Of a stretch of DNA of 64,000 nucleotides, positions 10,242-20,200 are shown one piece after another. A model generated the notes under the pieces. It searched no databases, was not told the origin of the DNA, and worked only from the letters and a program-made list of their open reading frames with translations. How positions within the stretch are numbered: position 1 is the stretch's first letter; each line of letters begins with the position of its first letter. Source of the DNA: Anaerolineales bacterium (GTDB lineage: Bacteria > Chloroflexota > Anaerolineae > Anaerolineales > RBG-16-64-43); NCBI GenBank assembly GCA_050012135.1, contig JBEKHT010000002.1:7268-71267 (forward strand). The letters are read 5' to 3'. The position numbers and the translations under genes were made by a program.

Positions 10242-10972
10242 TACTTCCACCTCCTCGCCTCGACGAAGCGCGTGCCCAAGAACAGGGCCAGGGCCGTGAG
10301 GCTGAGGTAGTAGGCCAGGTCGCGAGTGTCAATTACTCCCGCGTACCCCGTGTTGAAGAAGTGCGCTGAGAAGTCGAGGTAGTTGAACAGCGTGGTTAAC
10401 CCGCCCGAGCTGACCTGGGCCGCAAGTCCCATGATCCAGAGCACCAGGAGAATCCCCAGCGAGGTGAAATAGGCGGCAATAGCGTTCGCGAAGAGGGCCG
10501 AGGCCATCACCCCGATCGCGACCATGGCCGAGAGCATGAGAAGCATGCCCAGGTAGGCGCTGACCAGGGGGCCTTGGTCAATGCCCGGCGAGGTGATCAT
10601 GTTGAGGAGGATGGGGTAGAACCAGGTGACGGCAAGGATAATGACGCCGAAACCCATGGCGCCCAGCCACTTGCCCACCACCATCTCCCAATCCCGGACC
10701 GGCGCCGTGAGCAAGAGCTCAATCGTCCCGCTGCGCTGCTCATCCGAAATCAGCCGCATGGTGATGGCGGGCATCCCGAAGAGGAGCAGGGTGGCCAGAG
10801 GTGATAGAGACGAGTTCGGGTCGGGCGGGGTCTGATTCAACAGGGAAGATCCCAGGTTCGCGTAGAACAGCAGGCCCAGGATCAGGAAGATGGCGGCCGC
10901 GACCGCGTAGGCGATAGGGGACACAAAATAATGGCGAAACTCTCGTGCCGCGATCGTCCACATGTTGCGCAT
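10241..10972 (-). CDS. ABC-2 type permease (GldF-like)
   Basis: 243 aa, six hydrophobic spans, between the ABC ATPase and the GldG-like gene. Confidence 0.8.
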   Translation of the reverse strand: MRNMWTIAAREFRHYFVSPIAYAVAAAIFLILGLLFYANLGSSLLNQTPPDPNSSLSPLATLLLFGMPAITMRLISDEQRSGTIELLLTAPVRDWEMVVGKWLGAMGFGVIILAVTWFYPILLNMITSPGIDQGPLVSAYLGMLLMLSAMVAIGVMASALFANAIAAYFTSLGILLVLWIMGLAAQVSSGGLTTLFNYLDFSAHFFNTGYAGVIDTRDLAYYLSLTALALFLGTRFVEARRWK

Positions 10973-10989
10973 GAAGAGGAACTCCTTGG

Positions 10990-11928
10990 TCAGGCTGGCT
11001 TGGCTTTAGAGGCCACGTCGGAATGGGTGAGCTCCAGGAAGATCGCCTCCAAGCTCATCCCCTGCACATGCATCTCCAGCAGATCCTGTCCGTCGTCCAC
11101 GAGGGCGCGGGCGATCTCCGGTCGGGCCTCGACCCCCGGAGCGGTTTCCACCTCGAATTCCCCTTTGCCCCGCGGGCTCACGAGGTTGACCCCTCGTATC
11201 TTCTTGAGCAGATTCTCTACCCCCTCGGGCTGGCCGGCCACCCGCACCGTGAGCCGCTCGGCCCCCGCCAACCGCGCCTGCAGATGTTCCGGGGTATCTT
11301 CCGCAACGATTTTCCCCTTGTTGATGATCAGGACCCGGTTGCAGACTTGCTGGGCCTCACTGAGGATGTGGGTAGAGAGCATGACCGTATGGTCGTGCCC
11401 GATTTCGCGGATCATCTCACGCACCTCAACCACTTGGGCGGGGTCGAGCCCGAGGGTCGGTTCATCCAGGATGAGCACCTCGGGCTGGTGGAGAAGCGCC
11501 TGGGCCAAACCGACGCGTTGCCGCAATCCTTTGGAGAGATTACCGATGAACGAATCGGCCCGATCCTCCAAATGCATCCTTTCAATCGCCTCATCCACGT
11601 GGGCATCCGCATCCGGCACGTGACGCAGGGAGGCCATGAAGTCCAGGTATTCCTGGACGCTCATCTCAGGGTAAAGCGGGACCGTCTCGGGGAGATAGCC
11701 GACGCGCTTGCGGACCTCGAGCGACTGATCCACCACGTCGAATCCCGCGACGCGCGCGCTGCCCTCATTGGGGGGCATATAACCGGTCAGGATCCGCATG
11801 GTCGTCGTCTTCCCCGCTCCGTTGGGGCCGAGGAATCCCACGATCTCCCCCTTAGCGGCGCTAAAGGTGAGCCCGTCGATAGCCTTGCGAGGCCCATACC
11901 ACTTGCCCAGATTCTCTGCTTGGATCAT
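10990..11928 (-). CDS. ABC transporter ATP-binding protein (GldA-like)
   Basis: Walker A GPNGAGKTT, signature LSKGLRQR, Walker B LILDEPT. Confidence 0.9.
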   Translation of the reverse strand: MIQAENLGKWYGPRKAIDGLTFSAAKGEIVGFLGPNGAGKTTTMRILTGYMPPNEGSARVAGFDVVDQSLEVRKRVGYLPETVPLYPEMSVQEYLDFMASLRHVPDADAHVDEAIERMHLEDRADSFIGNLSKGLRQRVGLAQALLHQPEVLILDEPTLGLDPAQVVEVREMIREIGHDHTVMLSTHILSEAQQVCNRVLIINKGKIVAEDTPEHLQARLAGAERLTVRVAGQPEGVENLLKKIRGVNLVSPRGKGEFEVETAPGVEARPEIARALVDDGQDLLEMHVQGMSLEAIFLELTHSDVASKAKPA

Positions 11929-12000
11929 CCCAACCTCAGCTAGGGGAACGCAAATTGCGAGACTCCACGGCTGGAGCGGAAGCCTCGGCCCGACCCCTAG

Positions 12001-12028
12001 TTTGTACAGCCGATTGGCGCCCTGTCAA
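12001..12028 (-). promoter_or_regulatory. Candidate promoter of the ABC/GldG operon
   Basis: On the - strand: TTGACA (12028-12023), 16-nt spacer, TACAAA (12006-12001). The ~65-nt leader contains the CTAGGGG...CCCCTAG inverted repeat (11940-12000). Confidence 0.4.
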
Positions 12029-12787
12029 GGGAAGGGGGAGTCTCTTAATGTAACCTTTATTTCCCCCTTCGTCGTCCGAATTGAACCGGCCACTCTATCC
12101 GCTTTGACGCAGGCCATCCGTCGCCGCCCGGGTCTCGCGTCCCGGACACTCGCCTTGCCTGAGGCTTGGCCAGGCCAAGGTCGGACGCGGACCCGCCCGA
12201 AAGCGAGAGGACCCCAGTTCCACAGCTTGGAGAAGGACGACAGAGATCGGCGTCCCAGACCCTGGCTCGCGGCGAGCGCAAGGAGCTTTCAGGCGACCCC
12301 ATGTCTCTCAGGCACAAACGCCTCGTGATGTGCTCGCTGGACCCAGCGAGAGCATATGCCGGGCCCGAGGAGGTGGCGGATCCTTGGGCCCCGTCAGAAG
12401 AGGCTGGCTCCTCCGCGAGCCCCCACACCGGAGTGATGCGCGGATCTTGGCTCCAGGATTGCGCGGATGGGATGTCGGCCGCCTCCCCGGGCATGGCCGC
12501 TTCGGAGCTGACGCACCAGCCGTTCCGCCATGCGAATTCCGAGCTCAAGCTCGGATCGGTGCGTGGGTGTGCCACTCCAGCGCGCCCTAAGGAGCCGGCC
12601 TTCCGCGAGCGCGGCTTGCGGAAGGATAACCCGATGGCTGAGGCATCCGCCGCAGAGGGGCACCCGGCCGACATTTCTCAGCCCCGGGCGACTTTGCGTC
12701 CATTTCACCCCCAGGCTCCGAGTCCCAGAGGCCGGTATTGAATACGGTGATGCCGGAAGTTATCTTTGACCTCCGCTCCCAAATTGC

Positions 12788-12816
12788 TTGACATGCCCTC
12801 ACCGCTCCGGTAGAAT
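12788..12816 (+). promoter_or_regulatory. Strong sigma-70-like promoter of hppA
   Basis: Consensus -35 TTGACA (12788-12793), 17-nt spacer, -10 TAGAAT (12811-12816). GAGGAG lies upstream of ATG 12885. Confidence 0.6.
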
Positions 12817-12884
12817 GCCCGCGCCAGCAATATGAGGAACCGCCAAGCGATCCGTCGCAGCCAAAACGAGGAGATTCTCCTGCC

Positions 12885-15212
12885 ATGATGTATGGTCTTT
12901 CTCTCTTTGAGCAGGTCGCGATCCTAACGGTACTGGGCATTGCCGTCCTGGGGCTCTTGTATGCCCTTTTCCTTCGCGCTCAGGTTTTGCGCCAGCCCAA
13001 GGGCGACGCCGAGATGGTCGCGGTATGGAACGCCATCCGCGAGGGAGCCGATGCCTACTTGCGGCGTCAGCTCGTCACGATTCTGCCCGTCATCGCGATC
13101 CTAACCTTTGCACTCTTTTTCTCCGTTTATCTGGTGCCCCCCTCCGCGGGAGCCGTGCAACGGTTCTCGGGCCAGTCGGCGGACGCAATCCGGATCATTG
13201 TCGGACTCAGTCGGGCGATTGCCTTTGTGATGGGTGCCGGTTTCTCCCTGCTGGTGGGCCAGCTGGGCATGCGCATGGCGCTGCAGGGGAACGTGCGCGT
13301 CGCGAATGCAGCCCGGACCTCATTTGATGCCTCCCTGCGGATTGCCTATCGGGCGGGCACAATCACGGGCATGCTGACGGATGGGCTCGGGCTCTTGGGC
13401 GGAACCCTGATCTTCATCATTTTCGGTGTGGCCGCGCCCGATGTTCTCCTGGGCTTCGGCTTTGGCGGGACTCTCCTGGCCTTGTTCATGAGGGTGGGGG
13501 GAGGGATCTTCACCAAGGCCGCGGATGTGGGCGCGGACCTGGTAGGCAAGATCGAAGCGGGCATCCCCGAAGACGATCTGCGCAATCCGGCCGTGGTAGC
13601 CGACCTGGTAGGGGACAATGTCGGCGACTGTGCGGGCATGGCGGCGGACATCTTTGAGTCCTACGAGGTGACCATCGTTGCGGGGCTGATTCTTGGGGTG
13701 GCCTTGTACCAGATCACGGGGCAGATGCAGTGGATCGTCTACCCGCTCCTGGTGCGCGGGATTGGAGTGCTGTCTTCGATTGTGGGGACGTACGCGGTGC
13801 GGGGTGGGCCGGGAAAGAGCGGGGATGCCATGGCCTCGATCTTCCGCGGGTACCTGACCTCGGCCGGGATCTCGGTCGTGCTGTTTGGCGCCGTGGCCCT
13901 GGCGTACATGCGCGGGATTCCTGGGAGTTGGTGGCGGCCTTACCTGGCCACCGCGGCGGGGGTGGTCCTGGCCATTTGTATAGATCGCCTCGTCGACTAT
14001 TTCACCGGAACTCACAATGCGCCGGTGCAAGAAATCAAGAAGGCTGCCGCGACAGGCCCTGCGACGATGATCCTTTCGGGCCTCGCGAGCGGCTACGAGT
14101 CCTCGGTTTGGGCGATTCTGGTGATTGCGGTCACGCTCTTTGCCTCGATCCTTATCTTCGCCGGGGTGCCGGCCGCCAGCGAGAGCGTGCGCGTCACCTA
14201 TATATTGTATGGTGTGGCGATGACGGGGATTGGGATGCTCACCCTGACGGGCAACACGGTGGCGATGGACTCCTATGGGCCGATTTCGGACAACGCCAAT
14301 GGGATCGGGGAGATGGCCTGGCACGGGCGGGATGATCCGGACACCCTCAGGGCGCGCCAGATCATGGCCGACCTGGATTCGGTCGGCAACACGACGAAGG
14401 CCATCACCAAAGGGGTGGCCATTGGGTCGGCGGTGATCGCGGCCGTGGCCTTGTTTGGGTCGTTCATGGTGGATGTGAGCAAGGTTCAGGCGATGCTGCA
14501 CGTTCCCGTTGAGCAGCAGCTCGCGTCCATTGGGATTCGCGTTTCGATTCCGCAGGTGTTTGTGGGACTTCTTATCGGTGGGGCGTTGCCGTGGCTCTTC
14601 TCAAGCTTCGCGATCCAGGCTGTGAGCCGAGCGGCCTCCCTGATCGTGGAGGAGGTGCGGAGGCAATTCCGAGGCGGGGTCCTGGAGGGTCGGGTCAAGC
14701 CGGACTATCGACAGCCGGTGGCCATTTCAACCCGGGCAGCTCAGAAAGAGTTGATCAGCCTGGGGTTGCTTGGCGTCGTCAGTCCTATCGTGGTGGGTCT
14801 GCTTCTTCAGGTGGAGGCCTTGGGCGGGTTCCTGGCGGGGGCCATTCTCTCCGGGCAGCTACTGGCCGTTTTCATGGCCAATGCCGGTGGCGCCTGGGAC
14901 AACGCGAAGAAACTCATTGAAGACGAGCCCTCAGACCCGGCCCACAATCTGGGCAAGGGTTCGGAGCGCCACAAAGCCGGGGTGGTTTGCGACACGGTGG
15001 GTGACCCTCTGAAGGACACCGCCGGCCCGGCGCTCAATCCAATGATCAAGGTCGTGAACATGGTTTCGGTGATCGTTGCTCCGATCATCGTGCAATACCG
15101 TCACCTGGGGGTGGGCGGCTGGGTCGCGGTGGCGGTCCTGATCGCGGCGCTCGGCTGGGCGGTCTGGCAAAGCAAGAAGCCTTCACCCGAAGTCAAGGTC
15201 GAAGCCTCCTGA
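12885..15212 (+). CDS. hppA: Membrane-bound proton-translocating pyrophosphatase
   Basis: 775 aa polytopic. GGGIFTKAADVGADLVGK and GDNVGDCAGMAADIFESY motifs. Confidence 0.95.
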   Translation: MMYGLSLFEQVAILTVLGIAVLGLLYALFLRAQVLRQPKGDAEMVAVWNAIREGADAYLRRQLVTILPVIAILTFALFFSVYLVPPSAGAVQRFSGQSADAIRIIVGLSRAIAFVMGAGFSLLVGQLGMRMALQGNVRVANAARTSFDASLRIAYRAGTITGMLTDGLGLLGGTLIFIIFGVAAPDVLLGFGFGGTLLALFMRVGGGIFTKAADVGADLVGKIEAGIPEDDLRNPAVVADLVGDNVGDCAGMAADIFESYEVTIVAGLILGVALYQITGQMQWIVYPLLVRGIGVLSSIVGTYAVRGGPGKSGDAMASIFRGYLTSAGISVVLFGAVALAYMRGIPGSWWRPYLATAAGVVLAICIDRLVDYFTGTHNAPVQEIKKAAATGPATMILSGLASGYESSVWAILVIAVTLFASILIFAGVPAASESVRVTYILYGVAMTGIGMLTLTGNTVAMDSYGPISDNANGIGEMAWHGRDDPDTLRARQIMADLDSVGNTTKAITKGVAIGSAVIAAVALFGSFMVDVSKVQAMLHVPVEQQLASIGIRVSIPQVFVGLLIGGALPWLFSSFAIQAVSRAASLIVEEVRRQFRGGVLEGRVKPDYRQPVAISTRAAQKELISLGLLGVVSPIVVGLLLQVEALGGFLAGAILSGQLLAVFMANAGGAWDNAKKLIEDEPSDPAHNLGKGSERHKAGVVCDTVGDPLKDTAGPALNPMIKVVNMVSVIVAPIIVQYRHLGVGGWVAVAVLIAALGWAVWQSKKPSPEVKVEAS

Positions 15213-15841
15213 AAGCCCTGTCGAGGCTGGACGCGAGGTGAGAATCGGCCCGGGAAGATACCCGGGCCGATTCTCCTGACGGCGTCGATCGAATCCGGGA
15301 TTGCGCCACCGGGTCCCGATCCGGGTCCGATGCCTGAACCATTTCTTGGGGGGAAAGCGGCCATGCGGAACACGGCCGCCAGTTGGCGAGGAGACGCTTG
15401 GCTTCCGTCGTAGGAGAGTCCGGCAAATCGGGAAAGCAGGCGCACGATCCTCCGATTCTTGAACTGGATCTCTTCGAGCCTCAAGTAGGTCTCCTCTTCG
15501 CCCAGGAGGCGGACGGCGGGCTCAAATCGTCTGCGGCCGATCCGAGCCTCCACCGCTCCAGCGGCAACCACATTCCTCAGCCAGTTCATTTGAGGCTCTC
15601 GCGCCGCCACGGCCATGGCCTCACCCGAAGCTCCGTCGTAGTGCAGGACAATCAGCAGGGCGTAACGCCTCCGTCCCGTCTGCCGGCCTCGGTGAACGAG
15701 GAGCAGGAACCTTTGACCGAAGACTGGACCCATCCCCAGGCGGTGCAGGAGAACGGGAATCCGCAGAATCCGGCGAATGTGGAAAGAGGGCTCGCGCGGT
15801 CTCAGAGGGACCAAGGCGGGGTTGTGCGAAGCAGGCTCCAA
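15101..15841 (-). CDS. DUF385 / deazaflavin-dependent nitroreductase-family protein
   Basis: Core LHRLGMGPVFGQRFLLLVHRGRQTGRRRYALLIVLHYDG. The track N-terminus (to 16060) is Arg/Pro junk, and TTG 15841 or 15814 is a plausible start. A low-complexity C-terminal tail overlaps the hppA 3' end. Confidence 0.5.
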   Translation of the reverse strand: MEPASHNPALVPLRPREPSFHIRRILRIPVLLHRLGMGPVFGQRFLLLVHRGRQTGRRRYALLIVLHYDGASGEAMAVAAREPQMNWLRNVVAAGAVEARIGRRRFEPAVRLLGEEETYLRLEEIQFKNRRIVRLLSRFAGLSYDGSQASPRQLAAVFRMAAFPPRNGSGIGPGSGPGGAIPDSIDAVRRIGPGIFPGRFSPRVQPRQGFQEASTLTSGEGFLLCQTAQPSAAIRTATATQPPTPR

Positions 15842-16113
15842 TTCTTGGACCTGAGGGGCTGGAATCCCCGGGGGAGGGCCTTGGGGGGAACAAGGGGGGC
15901 GGACCCCCCTCCGGATCGCCTTGGAGGCCCGTCCGCGCCGTCGGCTAATTCTATCCGAGACCGGCGCGGGGGCGGGACTGCGGAGACCACCAGAATCTCG
16001 AGAAGGCCCACCGCATGGGTCCTGGGGGATGACCGTGCCCGCGTCCAGTCCACGCGGCACCCTCCTGCCCAGTCGCGAGGCTGGCTGGGTGACTGCCTGT
16101 ATAATTCAATTGG

Positions 16114-17157
16114 GTGGCCACCTGCTCGCCTGCGAATGATTCGATGCCCATCGCCTGCAGCCTCGTGCTTTCGCCCGAACACCGCGATCCGGATCATCCC
16201 GAATCCCCTGATCGATTCCGCTCTTTCACACAGATCCAGGCCTCATCGATTGCTTCGAAGATCAACTGGATCGATCCCCAGGAGGCCTCGCTCGATTCGG
16301 TTCGGGCTGTTCATCGCGACGAGATGCTCGAGGACTTGCGGGCTGCATGCCGGCAAGCCCCGGCGATCATCGACGGAGCGCCCACCTATGTCTCCCGAGA
16401 GTCATTTCACTCCGCGCTCATGGCCGCAGGGGGAACGCTGGCCTGCTCGAGTGCGATCCTGCATGGAGATGCCAGCCGGGGATTCGCGCTGGTTCGCCCG
16501 CCGGGCCACCATGCTGAACCCGATCATCCCATGGGTTTCTGCCTCTTCAACAACGTGGCCATTGCCGTTCGCGACGCCCTGGCAAAAGGAATCTCTTCGG
16601 CTCTCGTCGTAGATTTTGATGCCCATCACGGCAATGGCACAGAGCATGCCTTCTGGGCGGAGCCGAGGGTGGCCTACTTCTCAACCCACCAGGGAGGGAT
16701 TTATCCTGGAAGCGGCTTCGAGGACGAGGCTCCACATGCCCGCGGACGGATTGTCAATGTGCCCTTTCCTGCCTACGCCGGCGACGGGGCGTTTGGACTC
16801 GCCTATGAGCAGCTCATCGTGCCACAGGCGCGGGCCTTCCGGCCGCAGATGCTGTTTGTTTCCGCCGGGTTTGACGGCCACTGGGTGGATCCGTTGACCT
16901 CGCTGGCCGTGACCACCCGGGGGTTCTACGAACTCACCCTGGGTCTGGTGGCCCTGGCAGAAGAACTGTGCCATGGGCGAGTTCTGTTCGTCCTCGAGGG
17001 GGGGTATGATCCGCGCGCTCTGGCGATCAACTGCCTTGCGGTTCTCTGCGCGCTGGCGGACGAGGCCTGTCCCCAGGATCCCTTTGGCCCCGCTCAGACT
17101 CCGCCTGTGGATGCGGGTGCCCAGATCGACCGAGTTCGCAGGCTTCACCGATTGTGA
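16114..17157 (+). CDS. Histone deacetylase-family (AcuC/HDAC-like) deacetylase
   Basis: [16 protein letters not shown] and [12 protein letters not shown] motifs. The start is GTG 16114 (8 nt after TATAAT 16100-16105) or ATG 16144. Confidence 0.85.
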   Translation: MATCSPANDSMPIACSLVLSPEHRDPDHPESPDRFRSFTQIQASSIASKINWIDPQEASLDSVRAVHRDEMLEDLRAACRQAPAIIDGAPTYVSRESFHSALMAAGGTLACSSAILHGDASRGFALVRPPGHHAEPDHPMGFCLFNNVAIAVRDALAKGISSALVVDFDAHHGNGTEHAFWAEPRVAYFSTHQGGIYPGSGFEDEAPHARGRIVNVPFPAYAGDGAFGLAYEQLIVPQARAFRPQMLFVSAGFDGHWVDPLTSLAVTTRGFYELTLGLVALAEELCHGRVLFVLEGGYDPRALAINCLAVLCALADEACPQDPFGPAQTPPVDAGAQIDRVRRLHRL

Positions 17158-17228
17158 TCTGGGGCTCAATCTTTCCCCGGCAGTTGCAGTTTCGAATGAG
17201 ATGGTGCATACTTTAATGAGGATTGGCG

Positions 17229-20200
17229 ATGGCCGAGATATCGTTGCGCGCCTACGAGCAAGATATCCAGGAGATGATCGATCATGGGCACTTCGACGAG
17301 GCTGTCGCCCATTGTCAGAACATCCTCGCTCGCTTTCCCAAGCACGTAGAAACCTACCGACTCCTCGGCAAAGCCTACCTGGAGCAGGGCCGCCACGCCG
17401 ACGCCGCGGACATCTTTCAACGAGTCCTATCCGCCATCCCGGATGACTTCCTTTCCCATGTCGCCATGGCCATTATGGGTGAAGATGCCGGGAATCTCGA
17501 TACGGCCATATGGCACATGGAGCGGGCGTTTGAGGTCAATCCCTCCAACCCGACGGTCCAACAGGAAGTGCGGCGCTTGCGAGGTCTGCGGGACGGCGTC
17601 GAGCCGTCACGACTGCGCATGACCCAGGCCTCTCTGGCCCGCATGTACCTGAAAGGGCGGCTGGACGCCCAGGCTGCCGCGGAGGTGAACTCCGCCCTCA
17701 AGGATGATCCTGATCGCCCCGACCTCCTGGTGGTCCTTGCCAACGCCTACTGGCAGATGGGGAAGCTCGCCGAGGGTGCCGAGGTCTGCAACCGGATCCT
17801 GGACAAGCTTCCTTTCTGCCTGGAGGCGAATCAAATCCTGGCTCGAATCTTATGGAAGACGGGGCGCAAGGAGGAAGCGCAGGGTGTCTTCCGTCGCCTC
17901 GCTGCCCTGGATCCGTATGTAGGTGTGCGCCCGCCCACCGATGATGGCAGGATGCCGGATGTCCCCTCCGGTGCCGTTCTGGTGGAGCGGCTGTCGTGGA
18001 CCCCTCCGCTGCAGGAGCAAAAGGGGCCGCCTCCCGGTTGGGCGGAGGGTCTCGGGCTAAAGAAGCAAGAGCCTGGGAAGGTCGAAATCCCAGAATGGCT
18101 GGAACCGAGTAAGCCTTTTCCGGTGGAGGCGTCAACTCCTTTCAGTGCGGAAGCCGAGGAGAGCCCATTCCACCCGCCGGACTGGCTGGGGGAGGCGGCG
18201 GCAGAGATTCCAGGCGCATCCGATATGCAGGCGGATCAACTGCTGGGTCCTGAGGAGCCAGAAGCAGCGCTTGCGCGTATGGGCCAAGAACTCCCCGACT
18301 GGCTGAAACCGGGATCCGCTTCGGAGGCGGCGCCCCCAGCCCCGCCCAAGCCCTCCGACTGGTTGACGCCTGAGAGCCCCAAGAAGGAAGAGCCCAGCGG
18401 GGACTTTGCCGACTGGTTGAAGGCCGTGGGAGGAGAAGAGAGCTTAACCCGGGCAGGGGAGGGCTTGCCGGAATGGCTCAAGCCCGAGGGCGGGGCAGCC
18501 CAGCCGGCGGAGCCAGCCGAGGCACTACCCGACTGGCTCAAAGGACAGGCGCCGGAGTCGGGCCAAACGACGGAAGAATACCCGGAGATTCCGTTGGAGC
18601 ATCCCTCCGGCGAAGAGGCGCCGCTCAGGCGAGAGGGCGGTTTGGATTGGTTCCCCCAGACGGGAGCAGAGCCGGTGGTTTCTCCCTTCGATCTGGCCGC
18701 GGCCGGCAAAACGGGCGCCAGTGAGAAGCTACCTGAGTGGCTGGAGGCCGAACTGCGGGAGGCCCCGGGCATAACGTCACAGGAGATTGCCCCCGCCGAG
18801 CAGGGGAAAGGCATGGTCCACCCTGCCGAAGCGCCCCCTCTTTCTGGCGGCGAGCCCCCATCCTGGTTGAAGGCGGCTGGCGTGGACGGCTCTCTGTTCT
18901 CGGAGGCCGCCGAGGGACCCGAGCCAGTGTCAACCGGCCCAACGGGCGAGGTGGCGCCAGCCGTGCCCGCGACGGAGCTCCCCGATTGGCTCCAGGCCGA
19001 AATGGCCGGTCCGGCAAGTGTTCCCGGCCAAGCCCCGGTGCCTGATTGGTTGCGCACGGAGGTTAGCAAAGAGGAGGAGAAGACCCCCGAGTCCACAGAC
19101 TTGGCCAAGCCGAAGGGCATGGCGGGTCCTGTTGTCGAGCCGTCCAAGGAGAAAGAGACCGAGCTTCCCGAATGGCTTGGTACAGCGCCCGCCCAGATGG
19201 CCAAGCCCGCCTCGAGCGAGCAGGAGACCTCCACTCCGCAAGGGGAGATCCCCGATTGGCTCAAGAGAATTGCCACAGAGGCCTCTTCCGTCGCGGAGGA
19301 AGCGACGCCGCCGGAGCCGGAGACCGGCACAGGTGAGCTGCCCTCCTGGCTCGATTCGAGACAACCCGGCGCAAGTGACACTATCTCCAAGTGGCTGGGG
19401 GAGAGGCTGGGTCCGCGTCCGGGAACCGAGGAGGAAGCCGAGCCCGCGCCCGAGGCGGAGGATCTGCCAGAGTGGTTGAGGTCGCCGGCGGGGGCTGAAG
19501 CCAAGGGGGATCAGGCGGCAATTGAGGAGGTGGGACCGACACCTGAGGTGGGACCGGTGTTGCCTGAGGCGACTCCGAAAATCGAGAAGGCCGGGGAGCA
19601 GGCGCCTCCCGATTGGCTGCGGACGGCTTTGGGTCTCGCCGAGAGCGAGTTGTCTTCGGTTCTGCCCGCGCAGGAGTCCCGACCTGCCCAAACTCCGGCG
19701 CCTGAGGTCCAATTGACCCAGGCTCCAGCCGAGGAGCAAAAAGTTCCCCCGACCAAGCCCAAGCTGGCTCCGGTCCTGCCCCCCTCCATAGCGATGCCGG
19801 TCAAAGAAACCCGCCTTCCGCCCGCTGCGGAGGGCAAGCTCGAACCAGGGCCAGCGCCGAGCCCGTTCGTCCCACCGATGAACGAAGAACCCGTGGCTGC
19901 TCCACCGGAGCGCCCCGAATGGATCCCGGTGGTGGAACCAGCAGCCACTCCCGCTCTCGAACCGGTCCTGCCCCGTCGCCAAGGGCCGCTCCCGGCGCCC
20001 GCTCCCAAGGTTCCGCCGGTCGCGAAAAAGAAGTCTCGAAAGCTGACCAAAGAGGAGGCTGCGCTCTTGCTTGCTCAGGCCCGGAAGTACCTGGAGGAAT
20101 CGCGCGAAGTGGATGCCGCGGTTGCCTATCAGAAGCTGTTCGAATCCGGTCGCAACGTGGAGGAGATTGCTGACGATCTTGAGCAAGCCGTGGGCGATTT

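Noticed and set aside
12070-12787. Whether the hairpin-dense gap is RNase P RNA, SRP RNA or a group II intron remnant.
   Set aside because: Neither strand contains the RNase P GAGGAAAGUCC / ACAGAA..CGGCUUA blocks, the SRP GGUCCGGAAGGAAGCAGC motif, or a domain-V-like GAGCCGUAU...GAAA...ACGGUUC hairpin. Its identity stays open and is reported as a finding.
13320-14501. 393-aa ORF antisense to hppA. Similar long antisense or overlapping ORFs occur at 1858..2532, 18236..19504, 18930..20384, 24318..24860, 28108..29283, 29057..30382, 31812..33011, 32704..33741, 41264..42352 and 54654..55682.
   Set aside because: All lie inside confidently recognised genes on the other strand or in another frame. 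Their translations are Arg/Pro/Gly/His-rich low complexity, typical of stop-poor shadow frames in GC-rich DNA.
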